Assembly (NCBI GenBank): GCA_965602855.1
Contig: CBFCZV010000012.1
Location: 1,332-65,331, forward strand
Source of the DNA: an uncultured Gammaproteobacteria bacterium
GTDB taxonomy: Bacteria > Pseudomonadota > Gammaproteobacteria > SZUA-229
Length of the DNA stretch: 64,000 nucleotides
Direction: 5' to 3'
In this document: piece after piece, positions 39,181 to 49,101 of the stretch
Position numbering within the stretch: the stretch's first letter is position 1
Layout: every line of letters starts with the position of its first letter
Notes under the pieces: generated by a model
What the model was told of the DNA's origin: nothing
What the model saw: only the letters and a program-made list of their open reading frames with translations
The model's database searches: none
Program-made: the position numbers and the translations under genes

Positions 39181-41106
39181 ATGATTCAATTTAAAAATCT
39201 CAGCCTGCGACGCGGTGCTAAATTACTGTTTGAAGAGGCTAGTCTTCAGGTTCACCCTGGCCAGAAAGTCGGTATTACTGGCGCGAATGGCACGGGCAAA
39301 TCCAGTCTGTTTGCATTAATTCTTGATGAGTTACACGCTGATATTGGTGATTGCCTGTACCCAAAAGGTTGGGTGATCGCCCACGTTGCTCAGGAGACTC
39401 CCGCTGATGACCGCTCTGCGCTTGAATATGTGCTTGATGGTGACATCGAACTGCGCAAGGTTGAAGCTGATCTTGCTGCTGCTGAAGCCAGTGATAACGG
39501 TTTAGAGCTGGCCAGCCTGCACAGCCATTACGATAACATTGGTGGCTATACTGCCCGTAGCCGTGCTGGTCAATTATTATACGGACTGGGTTTTAAAGCC
39601 GGTGACGAAAACCGTAGCGTTAATGAATACTCCGGTGGCTGGCGCATGCGTTTAAATCTGGCCAAAGCATTAATGTGTCGTTCTGACTTATTGCTGCTCG
39701 ATGAGCCAACCAACCATCTCGATCTTGATGCGGTTATCTGGCTGGAAAACTGGTTGGCCAATTATCCCGGCACGCTATTGCTGATTTCACACGACCGTGA
39801 TTTTCTCAACAATGTCACCAGCCACATTGCCCAAATCGAACACCAACGGGTTACGCTCTACACGGGTAACTACACCACCTTTGAGCGCATACGAGCTGAA
39901 CATCTGGCCAACCAGCAGTCTGACTACGAAAAACAGCAACGCGAAATAAAACACATCCAGTCCTACGTCGAACGATTCCGTGCCCAGGCCACCAAAGCTA
40001 AACAGGCGCAGAGTCGATTAAAGGCGCTGGAACGTATGCAGGAAATTGCACCGGCACACGTTGATTCACCGTTTCACTTTTCATTACTGGAACCTGAAAA
40101 ACGCCCGAACACTTTAATGCGTCTGGACGAAATCTCTGCGGGTTACGATGACACCAGCATCATTACAAATGTAAACCTCAGCATTACCCCCGGTGATCGT
40201 ATCGGCCTGCTCGGCCCTAACGGTGCGGGTAAATCAACATTGATCAAACTGCTCGCCGGTGCTTCACTGGATGATTCAATCAAAATTCAAAATGGTGAAC
40301 GTGAAGTTGGCAGAGAAACTAAAATTGGTTACTTCGCCCAGCACCAGCTCGAACAACTACACCCCGAGCATTCACCGATCGATCATTTAAAACAACTCGA
40401 CCCGCAGGCACGCGAAGCTGATCTTCGAAACCACCTCGGTGGTTTTGGTTTTTCCAATGACATGGCACTGGCTCCGGTCGCACCTTTCTCTGGTGGTGAA
40501 AAATCTCGGTTGGTACTGGCAATGCTGGTTTACCAACGCCCCAACCTGTTATTACTCGATGAGCCGACCAATCATCTTGATCTGGAAATGCGGCAGGCAC
40601 TCGCCACCGCTTTGCAGGAATTCAGCGGCGCCATGATCATCGTCTCGCATGATCGTCACCTGCTGCGCGTTACCTGCGATAAGCTGCTACTGGTTCACGA
40701 TCAATGTGTTGATGAATTCCCGCTCAGTCTTGATGAATATCCAAAATGGCTAAGCGATAAGAATAAAGAAATTCAAAAAACTGATGATACCGCTGCTGAA
40801 GCACCAGGCAGCAATAATGCTACTGCTAAAAAGGACCGAAAGCGGCAGGAAGCCGAGCTGCGTAAAAAGCTCCAGCCCCTGAGTAAAAAGGTAAAAAAGG
40901 CCGAAGCCGAACTCGACAAACTCCACGCAGAACAAACCGAGCTGGAACAACAACTGGCCGACCCCGATATTTACAACGATACCAATAAACAGAAGCTGCA
41001 GGACTGCCTGCTGAAAAAAGCTGACATCGACAAACGCTGTGAGGCGACTGAAGAACAGTGGATGGAAGCCAGCGAAGCGCTGGAAGAATTAAATAACAGC
41101 CTTTGA
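39181..41106 (+). CDS. yheS: ABC-F family ATPase (YheS-like; tandem NBDs with inter-domain linker and C-terminal coiled-coil)
   Basis: Two NBDs (GANGTGKSS / GPNGAGKST; signatures SGGWRMRL / SGGEKSRL; Walker B LLLLDEPTNHLD in both). Collinear with E. coli YheS along the whole length, including the charged C-terminal tail. 641 aa. Confidence 0.85.
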   Translation: MIQFKNLSLRRGAKLLFEEASLQVHPGQKVGITGANGTGKSSLFALILDELHADIGDCLYPKGWVIAHVAQETPADDRSALEYVLDGDIELRKVEADLAAAEASDNGLELASLHSHYDNIGGYTARSRAGQLLYGLGFKAGDENRSVNEYSGGWRMRLNLAKALMCRSDLLLLDEPTNHLDLDAVIWLENWLANYPGTLLLISHDRDFLNNVTSHIAQIEHQRVTLYTGNYTTFERIRAEHLANQQSDYEKQQREIKHIQSYVERFRAQATKAKQAQSRLKALERMQEIAPAHVDSPFHFSLLEPEKRPNTLMRLDEISAGYDDTSIITNVNLSITPGDRIGLLGPNGAGKSTLIKLLAGASLDDSIKIQNGEREVGRETKIGYFAQHQLEQLHPEHSPIDHLKQLDPQAREADLRNHLGGFGFSNDMALAPVAPFSGGEKSRLVLAMLVYQRPNLLLLDEPTNHLDLEMRQALATALQEFSGAMIIVSHDRHLLRVTCDKLLLVHDQCVDEFPLSLDEYPKWLSDKNKEIQKTDDTAAEAPGSNNATAKKDRKRQEAELRKKLQPLSKKVKKAEAELDKLHAEQTELEQQLADPDIYNDTNKQKLQDCLLKKADIDKRCEATEEQWMEASEALEELNNSL

Positions 41107-41271
41107 AAGGTGCCGCTAATCACGCATAAAACAAATCAAATATCATATAGTTAAGGCAAATTTCTAATATTGAACATCATTATTAACCCCTCTACTTTAT
41201 AATCTTTTAATCATAAAATTCATGCTAAAATTACCGCATTATTTACACGAATCGCATTAGCGGAGAACAAC

Positions 41272-41637
41272 ATGTCCGACGTTCAATTCAACAATCAACT
41301 TACTGATGAAATCAACGTTTCACCAGAAGCCATCGAACAATTACTCGCCATCACCGAGTCTGAAGAAGGCGTTAACGGTGTGCGTATTTTCGTCTCCGGC
41401 GGCGGATGTAGCGGCATGACTTACGGCATGACCTTCGTCGATCGCTCAACCGATTACGACTGCGAATGGAAAAAAGACGGCCTGAACGTCTTTGTCGATG
41501 TAGTTGCTCTGGGTTACCTGAAAGGCGTTGAAATCGACTATCAAACCAAAGGCTCCAACGCCAGCTTCGTCTTCAAAAACGTCTTCGCCCAAACCGGCGG
41601 TTCAGGCGGCTGTGGTGGTTGTGGTGGTGCAAGTTAA
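41272..41637 (+). CDS. HesB/IscA/ErpA-family iron-sulfur cluster insertion protein, atypical C-terminus
   Basis: VRIFVSGGGCSGMTYGMTFVD matches the ErpA/IscA core (ITGGGCSGFQYGFTFDD). The C-terminus is FVFKNVFAQTGGSGGCGGCGGAS instead of the usual ...NPN...CGCG.SF. 121 aa. Confidence 0.7.
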   Translation: MSDVQFNNQLTDEINVSPEAIEQLLAITESEEGVNGVRIFVSGGGCSGMTYGMTFVDRSTDYDCEWKKDGLNVFVDVVALGYLKGVEIDYQTKGSNASFVFKNVFAQTGGSGGCGGCGGAS

Positions 41638-41711
41638 GCCTTTCTCATTTTGGCTTTAAATTCTGATTCCCGCCCTGTGCGGGAATCTTTGATTCTGGCT
41701 GCTAAAAACCT

Positions 41712-42950
41712 ATGAAACCACGCTTCCTTCTCATTTCCCAGCCCAATAGCTACCGCATTGCGCCTTACATCAAGGCAGCGCATCACATGGAGCTGGAAGT
41801 GCTCATCGCCTCCGCTGGCCAGCACTCGCTCATTACCGAGGTTCATGCAGGCATACACATTGATCTGGATGATATTCCTGCTTCACTCAACACCATTCTT
41901 GATGAAGCTGCAAAAAAAATATTCGCGGGTGTGCTGGGTAGCGATGATAGCACCGTTGAACTGGCAGCAACAGTTGCGGCTAAATTAGGACTTCCCCATA
42001 ACCCTTCCGAAGCTGCAAAAATTTCCCAGCGGAAAGATCTGGCGCGTGCCCATCTTTCGTTAGGTGACGCACCAGTACCCATTCACTGTTTGATTGATTT
42101 AAACCAGCCCATCGAAAAACAGATGGCTGGCCTGCCCTGGCCCTGTGTCATCAAGCCATTAAACCTGTCTGCCAGCCGTGGAGTGATTCGCGCTGACAAT
42201 GAACAGCAATTTATCGAGGCCTGTACACGCATCAAAAAAATCATCGCACACAACGCTGATGAATTTGAGCGCACGCACGTACTCATTGAAGATTACATTG
42301 ACGGCATTGAAGTCGCTTACGAAGGCTACCTGCACCATGGTGAACTCAACACTCTCACCATTTTTGACAAACCCGAACCACTCACCGGCCCCTACTTCGA
42401 AGAAACAATTTATGTCACACCATCTCAGCTAGATGACAAAATTCAACAGGACATTAAACAAATCGTACAACAGGCCTGTGAGATTTATGGATTAAAAACC
42501 GGTCCCATTCACGCAGAACTTCGCATCGACAAAAATAACAAGCCATGGATACTCGAAGTCGCCAGTCGCACCATCGGTGGCGACTGCGCACGCACACTCG
42601 ACAGCGGCAACGGTTTTAATATCGAAGAACTCAGCATTGCGCTAGCGATGGATAAATCATTTGAAATTGACAGAGACGAACAATGCCGTGGCGTAATGAT
42701 GATGCCAATAAAAAAAGGTGGAATACTACGCCGTGTTGAAGGCCTGAGCAAAGCAAGAAATATTGAGTACGTAGAAAGCGTCGATATTATTATTCGTGAA
42801 GGTAACGAACTTATTCCTTTACCCGAAGGCAACCAGTACCCTGGTTACATCTTTGCACGTGCCGAGTCGCAGCAGGAAGTGATTAGCGCATTGCAGGAAG
42901 CTTTTTCAAAACTTGAAATTGTGGTTGCTCCAGTATTTCGTCAAGAATAG
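41712..42950 (+). CDS. ATP-grasp domain protein of unknown specificity
   Basis: 412 aa with a pre-ATP-grasp N-domain and a central ATP-grasp fold (K-containing PCVIKPLNLSASRGV, E/D-rich loop, RIDKNNKPWILEVASR). No substrate assignment possible from sequence. Confidence 0.6.
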   Translation: MKPRFLLISQPNSYRIAPYIKAAHHMELEVLIASAGQHSLITEVHAGIHIDLDDIPASLNTILDEAAKKIFAGVLGSDDSTVELAATVAAKLGLPHNPSEAAKISQRKDLARAHLSLGDAPVPIHCLIDLNQPIEKQMAGLPWPCVIKPLNLSASRGVIRADNEQQFIEACTRIKKIIAHNADEFERTHVLIEDYIDGIEVAYEGYLHHGELNTLTIFDKPEPLTGPYFEETIYVTPSQLDDKIQQDIKQIVQQACEIYGLKTGPIHAELRIDKNNKPWILEVASRTIGGDCARTLDSGNGFNIEELSIALAMDKSFEIDRDEQCRGVMMMPIKKGGILRRVEGLSKARNIEYVESVDIIIREGNELIPLPEGNQYPGYIFARAESQQEVISALQEAFSKLEIVVAPVFRQE

Positions 42951-43008
42951 TTTTTTCGGAAAAAACCTAAAAGTCTGCTTTCGGCTGCGACCTCAATAAA
43001 AAATCATT

Positions 43009-43566
43009 TTAGCCACAATACTCTTCATAACAGGTAACAATCATGGGTACTTGCGAGAGCGTTGGCGCACCATCCATCAACATCACCAATGGAACTATTT
43101 CAAATATCTGTTCGATTGAAACGCCCACATCCAATGCTGCAGTCATATGCAATTTAATCTGTTTCTCATGCTGCATAACGATGGCAATCGCTAGCGCTAC
43201 CATCTCTCGTAACTGTCGCCTTTCATTCACTTTTGAATAACTGTAATCGTTCCAGTTTTCTTTCCAGTCATTCCATAGATCACTATCACCATGTGGCGTG
43301 GCACTCATAAAAAATATAATTTTTTTGACCAGACTAAATTTTAAATCTGTCGCTTCAAGTTGTGTAGCAGCATGAGTATGAATAGAAATGCATCGGTGAC
43401 AGTCTTTATATAAGGCTAGCCCAAGTGTTATCAGCTCTTTATCCAACCGGGACAGCAATCCTTTTTTGGTGCTTTCCTGTGATAATTCACCCATGATCTC
43501 CAGGAATTCCTGCAAACCATAGTTGCTGGCTTTTTTCATAAATTGTGCAATGTTATCAGTTGACAT
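43009..43566 (-). CDS. carboxymuconolactone-decarboxylase / AhpD-like family protein
   Basis: 185 aa, all-helical, with a CxxC..H-type motif (DCHRCISIH) characteristic of AhpD-like peroxidase-related proteins. Confidence 0.5.
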   Translation of the reverse strand: MSTDNIAQFMKKASNYGLQEFLEIMGELSQESTKKGLLSRLDKELITLGLALYKDCHRCISIHTHAATQLEATDLKFSLVKKIIFFMSATPHGDSDLWNDWKENWNDYSYSKVNERRQLREMVALAIAIVMQHEKQIKLHMTAALDVGVSIEQIFEIVPLVMLMDGAPTLSQVPMIVTCYEEYCG

Positions 43567-43610
43567 GATTTTTAAAGAATGTTGATGAAGTTAATATGGA
43601 ATAATCTGAA

Positions 43611-43638
43611 TTATTCAAATAAAAAAGGCCGCATAAGC
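43611..43638. terminator. bidirectional rho-independent terminator downstream of yggX
   Basis: aaaaaa-GGCCGC-ataa-GCGGCC-tttttt: a perfect 6-bp GC stem flanked by an A-run and a T-run, 26 nt after the yggX stop. Confidence 0.7.
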
Positions 43639-43663
43639 GGCCTTTTTTAATTCGAGGTGGTTA

Positions 43664-43945
43664 CTACTTTCCACCGCCAGCATTAAAGCCTGCGGGCGCA
43701 TGTCCATAATCGCCTTCTTCGAAAAAGAAACCCACCATGTGTTTTTCTATTAATTCGAGATTTTTTACATCAGCGGTGTTTAAGCCATTTTCATTGATGA
43801 TGGCCGCTAAACGAGTCAGCCATTGTGTCCAGCCTTCTTTGGAAACATTTTCATAAATGCGTATTCCAATTTCACCAGGATAAGTAGGCACGTCCATACC
43901 TTCGGCTTCTGTTTTTAATACCACACATTGTACTGTTCTAGTCAT
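43664..43945 (-). CDS. yggX: Fe(2+)-trafficking / oxidative-damage protection protein YggX
   Basis: 93 aa. MTRTVQCVVLKTEAEGMDVPTYPGEIGIRIYENVSKEGWTQW aligns with E. coli YggX ([42 protein letters not shown]). Confidence 0.8.
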   Translation of the reverse strand: MTRTVQCVVLKTEAEGMDVPTYPGEIGIRIYENVSKEGWTQWLTRLAAIINENGLNTADVKNLELIEKHMVGFFFEEGDYGHAPAGFNAGGGK

Positions 43946-44012
43946 GTTTTCCTCTTACTGCTTATACTCTAAATTCTAAGCTCTATATTTAAAATTCTGT
44001 TTGCTGTGTCTA

Positions 44013-45068
44013 TTAAGATTTTTCGTATTTTTTCAACAATACACCCTCATCACCGCAGCAGCTGGCTGCGCATTTTTTGGTCTGGTGTAGTTCTTCAGTG
44101 CTAGCGTTCAGATAGAAATCGACTGATACGTTCTCTTCAGCACAATCACAACCCTTGTCATTATACACGTAAATGTTTTTCAACCCTGCCCGCTCGGCTT
44201 CATCCCGCGCCTTAAATAGCATGGTCTCAGGCGTTGCCGGCACATCACTCAATTTATAGGCCGGGAAAAAACGGGTGATATGCCATGGGCTATCTGCGCC
44301 CAGATTATCGCGTATCCAGCAGGCAATTTCGTAGTGTTCATCGGGGCTATCGTTCTTGCCCGGAATAATGTTGGTGCGGGTTTCGACGTGTATGCCCAGA
44401 TCATGGGCTTTTTTGATGGAATGCAGCACCTGCTCAACTTTGGCGGGTTTACAGATATCAGCATAAAAATCATCGCGCATACTTTTGATATCTGAACACA
44501 TAACATCGATATTTGGCGCAATCAGTTCAAGCGCTTCATCAGTGATAAAACTGTTTGAGACATAAACAGTATAAAGCCCTGCCTCATGCGCCAGCTCACA
44601 GACATCTAACACGTATTCCAGCCAGACGGCGGGTTCTGAATAAGTGAAAGCAATGCCCTGCACACCAGCTCGTAGCGCTGCATCAACTAATGATTGTGCT
44701 GGCACCCAGACTTCTTTAGATTCACCTTTAGCTAGCTCATCCAGCGCCTCAACACCCCATGAAATTTCCAGATTATGGCAACCGCCACAACGGAAGCTAC
44801 AACCGTAGCTGCCGACGGACATGACCTGTGTACCAGGCTGATAGTGCTTCACCGGTTTGTCTTCAATGGCATCGATACTGATCGATGAAATAATGCCGTA
44901 GGACAGATTGTAGAGCGTGCCGTTGCGGTTAACGTGCGCCTGACAGAATCCACGTTGACCGTGACCAAGTTTGCAGCGCCATAAACACAAATTACAGCGC
45001 GTGGTGCCGTTATCCAGCTTTTCCTGCAAGCGGGTTTCGATCAATTGATATTGTGTGACTTCACTCAT
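44013..45068 (-). CDS. radical SAM enzyme (PflA/AmmeMemoRadiSam-like activase-type) with extra N- and C-terminal Cys clusters
   Basis: CxxxCxxC radical SAM motif in GSYGCSFRCGGCHN. The N-terminal segment has CNLCLWRC...FC. The C-terminus has GCDC and KKCAASCC. 351 aa. The start lies 5 bp after the M16 peptidase stop. Confidence 0.6.
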   Translation of the reverse strand: MSEVTQYQLIETRLQEKLDNGTTRCNLCLWRCKLGHGQRGFCQAHVNRNGTLYNLSYGIISSISIDAIEDKPVKHYQPGTQVMSVGSYGCSFRCGGCHNLEISWGVEALDELAKGESKEVWVPAQSLVDAALRAGVQGIAFTYSEPAVWLEYVLDVCELAHEAGLYTVYVSNSFITDEALELIAPNIDVMCSDIKSMRDDFYADICKPAKVEQVLHSIKKAHDLGIHVETRTNIIPGKNDSPDEHYEIACWIRDNLGADSPWHITRFFPAYKLSDVPATPETMLFKARDEAERAGLKNIYVYNDKGCDCAEENVSVDFYLNASTEELHQTKKCAASCCGDEGVLLKKYEKS

Positions 45069-45073
45069 CAGAC

Positions 45074-48037
45074 TTACAGATTTATAACTTCCAGCCCTAA
45101 ATCACCGACCTGCTCGTGCGTTGCCGCGCTGGTGATCACCGCAGTGCTAGCCTTATCGATTTGCAGATAAGTTTCAGTCACACGTTTCAGATCATCCAAC
45201 GTCACTGCGAGTACACGTTGTCTTATTAACTGTAGCTTTTCGCGTGTTCTGCCATGCAGATTATTATGGAAAGTGTGACGCGCTTCACCTGAAGGAGACC
45301 CCGGCTTGTCCATGGCACCGACGACTCCCAAAATCGCTTCTTCAACCTGTCGCCATTCGTGATTATTATTCAGCATCCAGTCGATGGATTTATCAAAGTC
45401 ATCCAGTGTTTCAGTTAAACGTGGATCACGATAGGAATAGAATTTGAAAGCCGCGTTGCTGGAATCGTGCGTCGCACCACCACCATAAGCACCACCTTTT
45501 TCACGAATAGATGTGTGCAGATAACCATTACGCAGGAAACCGCCCAGCACAGCCAGTGCGGCAGAATCTTCATGATCCATGGGCACGGTAGCAAAAGCTT
45601 TGGCACAGAAATTCACCTGTGTATTGGCCACCCACATTTGTTTGACCTGCTGATGATTTTCTTCCAGAGAGAAAGCTGCAAATGAGCTGCCTGCTGTTTC
45701 AGGTGTCCAGACTTTTTCAAACTGTTTGACCAGTGAATCGAGTTTATCCGATTCCGCCGTCATCATATAGCGGCGCGGTGAAGTGATCACCTGCGAGTGA
45801 ATATCAGAAAGTCCCTGTGCCAGATCTGCAATAGATTGCGCCGCGTTATCACCATTGTTAGCATCATCAAGCTGCTTGATAAAACGAATACCTTCCAGGC
45901 CACCAAAACGATGTGACAGCGCCGCCACGGGACTCATGCCACTAGCTGCGGCTGTCATCGCCAATGTATGACCACTACCGGTAACACTGCGCTCACGACT
46001 TGCACGTTTCTGGGAAACTAAATCCTTAATGCGGTCATGCTCATCAAATCGGACGGTATTCATAGTTTCATGCATCAATGTTGCAAGCTTGCTGTTATTT
46101 CTATCCAGTGCCTTACCCATGAACATAAAATAAGCCTTAGTCGATTGAACGTCATCCAGTTCAGCCTGAATACTTGTGTGAGCCTGAATGCCACCACTAA
46201 TACTGGATTGCAGTTCCTGCATTTTTAAATAATCACTTTCACCACAACCCAACTCGGTTAGACATGATGAGTAATAAGGGATCAAGTTGATCTGAGCATC
46301 AGTCAGCGCAGGCATATCAATGGCTAGTTCATGATAAACAAGCCCATTAGTACCCTGTGCATATAACGAAGAATCAGTACCTGCTATTTTTCTATCCTGT
46401 GATTCAGGAATTGATAAATCAGCGGGCACATCGTCAAGACCCACCTTGGGTAAAATTTCAGGATCATCAATCTGCTGCTGACGTTCTGCAAGTTCAGCCG
46501 CTCGCATAATGACCAGCTGCCTGTCTTCATCAGACAACGCGGCTTTCATCGCAGCCAGTCTTTCTTTTTCAGCAACTTCTTTGCGTTGACTGAGTTCGGT
46601 ATCAGGGCGCATAGTCAGGCGCACGCGATGAGGATTATCCAGCAGATATTTTTTAACCAGTTGTTTGATAAATTCAGGATCTTTAATATCTTCACGCAAG
46701 GATTCTATTACCGGATCAAGATCCAGCAATGCCGTTGGATCGCTGCGATGAATTGCAGCAGTTAGTCCGCCAAGAATTAATTGCAGACCAAACGGGTAAC
46801 CATCACCACCGATTTCACGCTGGCCAATTTCAAGTTGATGTAATACGGATTCGAGTTTATCGTGTGCAACACCATTGGCTGCAACATCTTCCAGAACATC
46901 TAGCACCAGTTTTTCAAAATCAACCGCGTGTTCGACTTCACTACCTTCAAGGCCACAGACAAAACACATTTCGTAATTGGAATCTTCCAGACCACACAGA
47001 GGAGATGGCGAAGTGCCAAGATCTGTTTTTTCCAGGGCAAAACGCAATGGCGATGAACTGTTGTCCAGCAAAACCTGTGACAACAAATTTGCTTTCATCA
47101 TTTCATCCAGCGAAGTACAAGGTCCGAGTAACCATGACAATACATGATGAGTTTTTTCATCGGTATTTTCATCAGCTGTTAAATCAAAAGCATAAGCTTC
47201 TTCAACAGAAATCGGAGCCAGGTATCTTTTCTCAGGATCAACTGAAATATGCACATCAAGTTTATCGAATTCAGATAATGCATGTTCTTCAAAACGTTGC
47301 TGATGATCAGCAGCCGCAATATCACCAAAGGTCATGAATATCGAATTACTGGGATGATAATGGGTTTTGTGAAAATCTTTTAACTGCTGATAAGTCAGGT
47401 CGGGGATATCTGCAGGCTCACCACCGCTATTAAAATGGTAAGTCGTTCCAGGATAAAGATACTTGCTCAATGTTTGCCAGAGCACGCTCACGGGTGAACT
47501 CATCGCGCCTTTCATTTCATTAAAGACAACGCCTTTAAATTCAAGATCCGATTCAGCATTATCTGCTTCTGCAAATTCAACGCGATGACCTTCCTGTAAA
47601 AAATCTAGCTCATCGAGACGAGTAAAGAAAACCGCATCGAGATAAACGTCTAATAAATTATTAAAATCTTTTTTGTTTTTACTGGCGAAGGGATATGCTG
47701 TCCAGTCACTACTGGTGAACGCATTCATGAATGTATTCAGAGAACGACGAATCATCATAAAGAAGGGATCACGTACAGGATAGTTTTTACTGCCACACAA
47801 AGCAGTATGCTCAAGAATATGTGCGACACCCGTCGAATCCATCGGTACAGTTCTAAAACCTACCAGAAAAACATTTTCTGTATTTTCAGAAGCCAGATGA
47901 TAGTGAAGCGCACCGGTTTTCTTATGGCGGTATTCTTCAACTGTAATATTCAATGAATCGATCCGTCGTTGACCGATACTTTCGAAGGCATCGTGGCTTT
48001 TCATTGAATCAATATCCGATTTCTGATTTATTTGCAT
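45074..48037 (-). CDS. M16-family (insulinase/pitrilysin-like, M16C PreP-type) zinc metallopeptidase
   Basis: Inverted zinc motif HxxEH (GVAHILEHTALCGS) near the N-terminus with a downstream Glu-containing region. ~990 aa four-domain clamshell size typical of M16C. Confidence 0.85.
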   Translation of the reverse strand: MQINQKSDIDSMKSHDAFESIGQRRIDSLNITVEEYRHKKTGALHYHLASENTENVFLVGFRTVPMDSTGVAHILEHTALCGSKNYPVRDPFFMMIRRSLNTFMNAFTSSDWTAYPFASKNKKDFNNLLDVYLDAVFFTRLDELDFLQEGHRVEFAEADNAESDLEFKGVVFNEMKGAMSSPVSVLWQTLSKYLYPGTTYHFNSGGEPADIPDLTYQQLKDFHKTHYHPSNSIFMTFGDIAAADHQQRFEEHALSEFDKLDVHISVDPEKRYLAPISVEEAYAFDLTADENTDEKTHHVLSWLLGPCTSLDEMMKANLLSQVLLDNSSSPLRFALEKTDLGTSPSPLCGLEDSNYEMCFVCGLEGSEVEHAVDFEKLVLDVLEDVAANGVAHDKLESVLHQLEIGQREIGGDGYPFGLQLILGGLTAAIHRSDPTALLDLDPVIESLREDIKDPEFIKQLVKKYLLDNPHRVRLTMRPDTELSQRKEVAEKERLAAMKAALSDEDRQLVIMRAAELAERQQQIDDPEILPKVGLDDVPADLSIPESQDRKIAGTDSSLYAQGTNGLVYHELAIDMPALTDAQINLIPYYSSCLTELGCGESDYLKMQELQSSISGGIQAHTSIQAELDDVQSTKAYFMFMGKALDRNNSKLATLMHETMNTVRFDEHDRIKDLVSQKRASRERSVTGSGHTLAMTAAASGMSPVAALSHRFGGLEGIRFIKQLDDANNGDNAAQSIADLAQGLSDIHSQVITSPRRYMMTAESDKLDSLVKQFEKVWTPETAGSSFAAFSLEENHQQVKQMWVANTQVNFCAKAFATVPMDHEDSAALAVLGGFLRNGYLHTSIREKGGAYGGGATHDSSNAAFKFYSYRDPRLTETLDDFDKSIDWMLNNNHEWRQVEEAILGVVGAMDKPGSPSGEARHTFHNNLHGRTREKLQLIRQRVLAVTLDDLKRVTETYLQIDKASTAVITSAATHEQVGDLGLEVINL

Positions 48038-48061
48038 ACTGCTCTCTATTGTTTTGTGAAA

Positions 48062-48751
48062 TTAATTACGCGTTAATTTATAGGCGGATTCAAGCAACGA
48101 ACTAACACCTCGTTTCTGAAAACTTGGCTCATCGTCAAGAATGTTTTTAGCCAACAACTTATCTATCTTAAAATTCTCGCCATAATATTCATTGACTTCT
48201 TCTTCTGAAATCGAAAATGGTGGTCCTTCCATTTCGCCATCTGGATAAGTCAGAGTAATCAATAAGGCACGAATGCCTGAAGACTGCAACTCTGTTAGTT
48301 TTGTTGCGTAGTCCTGTCGCATGTCTTTGGGTAAAGCAATCATCGAGGCGCGATCATAAATATCAGTAACACCTTGAAGATCGTCAGACTCAAGGTCAAA
48401 GAAATCACCCAGAAGAATTTCAATGCGGATATGGCCTTCTGCATCAGCTTCAGAAATGTAGCGTGTAAAAGGTTTATCTACAACAATCTTATATTCAAGA
48501 TTATGATTTTCAAAAAAATCTTTGACCGCAATCTCGCTGCACTCGATGCCTAATACTTCGTAGCCGTTCTGAGACAGCCAGAGCATATCCAGTGATTTAC
48601 CACACAGGGGAACAAATACCTTGAGTGCCTGACGCTTTTCAAGCGCAGGGCCTTTCTCGCCATAAAAATAGCCAAGATAAGGATTCAACTCTTCCTGATG
48701 AAAACCGGTTTCACCTTTCTGCCAACGCTGCAGCCAGAAATCCTGATCCAT
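48062..48751 (-). CDS. tpm: thiopurine S-methyltransferase (Tpm)
   Basis: MDQDFWLQRWQKGETGFHQEE matches the TPMT N-terminus (DFWxxRWQ.G.TGFH). SAM-MTase motif I-like VFVPLCGKSLD. The start is moved to the internal ATG at 48751: the longer ORF extension (to 48811) would overlap the upstream small ORF. Confidence 0.78.
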   Translation of the reverse strand: MDQDFWLQRWQKGETGFHQEELNPYLGYFYGEKGPALEKRQALKVFVPLCGKSLDMLWLSQNGYEVLGIECSEIAVKDFFENHNLEYKIVVDKPFTRYISEADAEGHIRIEILLGDFFDLESDDLQGVTDIYDRASMIALPKDMRQDYATKLTELQSSGIRALLITLTYPDGEMEGPPFSISEEEVNEYYGENFKIDKLLAKNILDDEPSFQKRGVSSLLESAYKLTRN

Positions 48752-48755
48752 CTTA

Positions 48756-49028
48756 TTAAGGCTTCCAGATGCCGAAAGCATCTTCCTGTGCTGGCTGTGG
48801 TTTATTATCACCTTCGACCTGCTGCATCACCTGTCCAATGAAAGCCGATAGGTCAGCGACAAATTCCTGCTTATCGAGGCCGGGCTGCCCCTGATTCGCC
48901 ATAACAAATCCAGTGACGGCTGAAAGATATTGCATAAAAAGCATGTCATTTTCAGCGTCTGCATCGTGTTCAACGACAACTGCTTTAAGTTTAGAGGCCA
49001 GTTCTGATGATAATTGGATACCGCTCAT
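48756..49028 (-). CDS. small conserved hypothetical protein (90 aa), first gene of the tpm operon
   Basis: Intact ORF ending 4 nt before the tpm start. Acidic and helical. Possibly UPF0352/YejL-like by pattern (L..VL.KH.A..D..LM.LGN.VT.L motif), but this is uncertain. Confidence 0.4.
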   Translation of the reverse strand: MSGIQLSSELASKLKAVVVEHDADAENDMLFMQYLSAVTGFVMANQGQPGLDKQEFVADLSAFIGQVMQQVEGDNKPQPAQEDAFGIWKP

Positions 49029-49101
49029 TTTATGTTCGCTCGTGTTATATTAAAAAACGTTAAATTCTAATTGATTCTGAGCAATTATTCTTGAGTATCA
49101 T

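Noticed and set aside
41634-42832. Minus-strand ORFs 41634..41858, 41843..42082, 42083..42286 and 42509..42832, and the plus-strand ORFs 41758..41988 and 42199..42432
   Set aside because: All overlap the ATP-grasp gene antisense or out of frame, with Ser/Ala/Arg-rich low-complexity translations typical of spurious frames.
48751-48811. Longer 249-aa version of tpm starting at 48811
   Set aside because: The extension has no similarity to the TPMT N-terminus and would overlap the upstream 90-aa ORF by ~55 nt. The internal ATG at 48751 gives the canonical MDQDFW...RWQ start.
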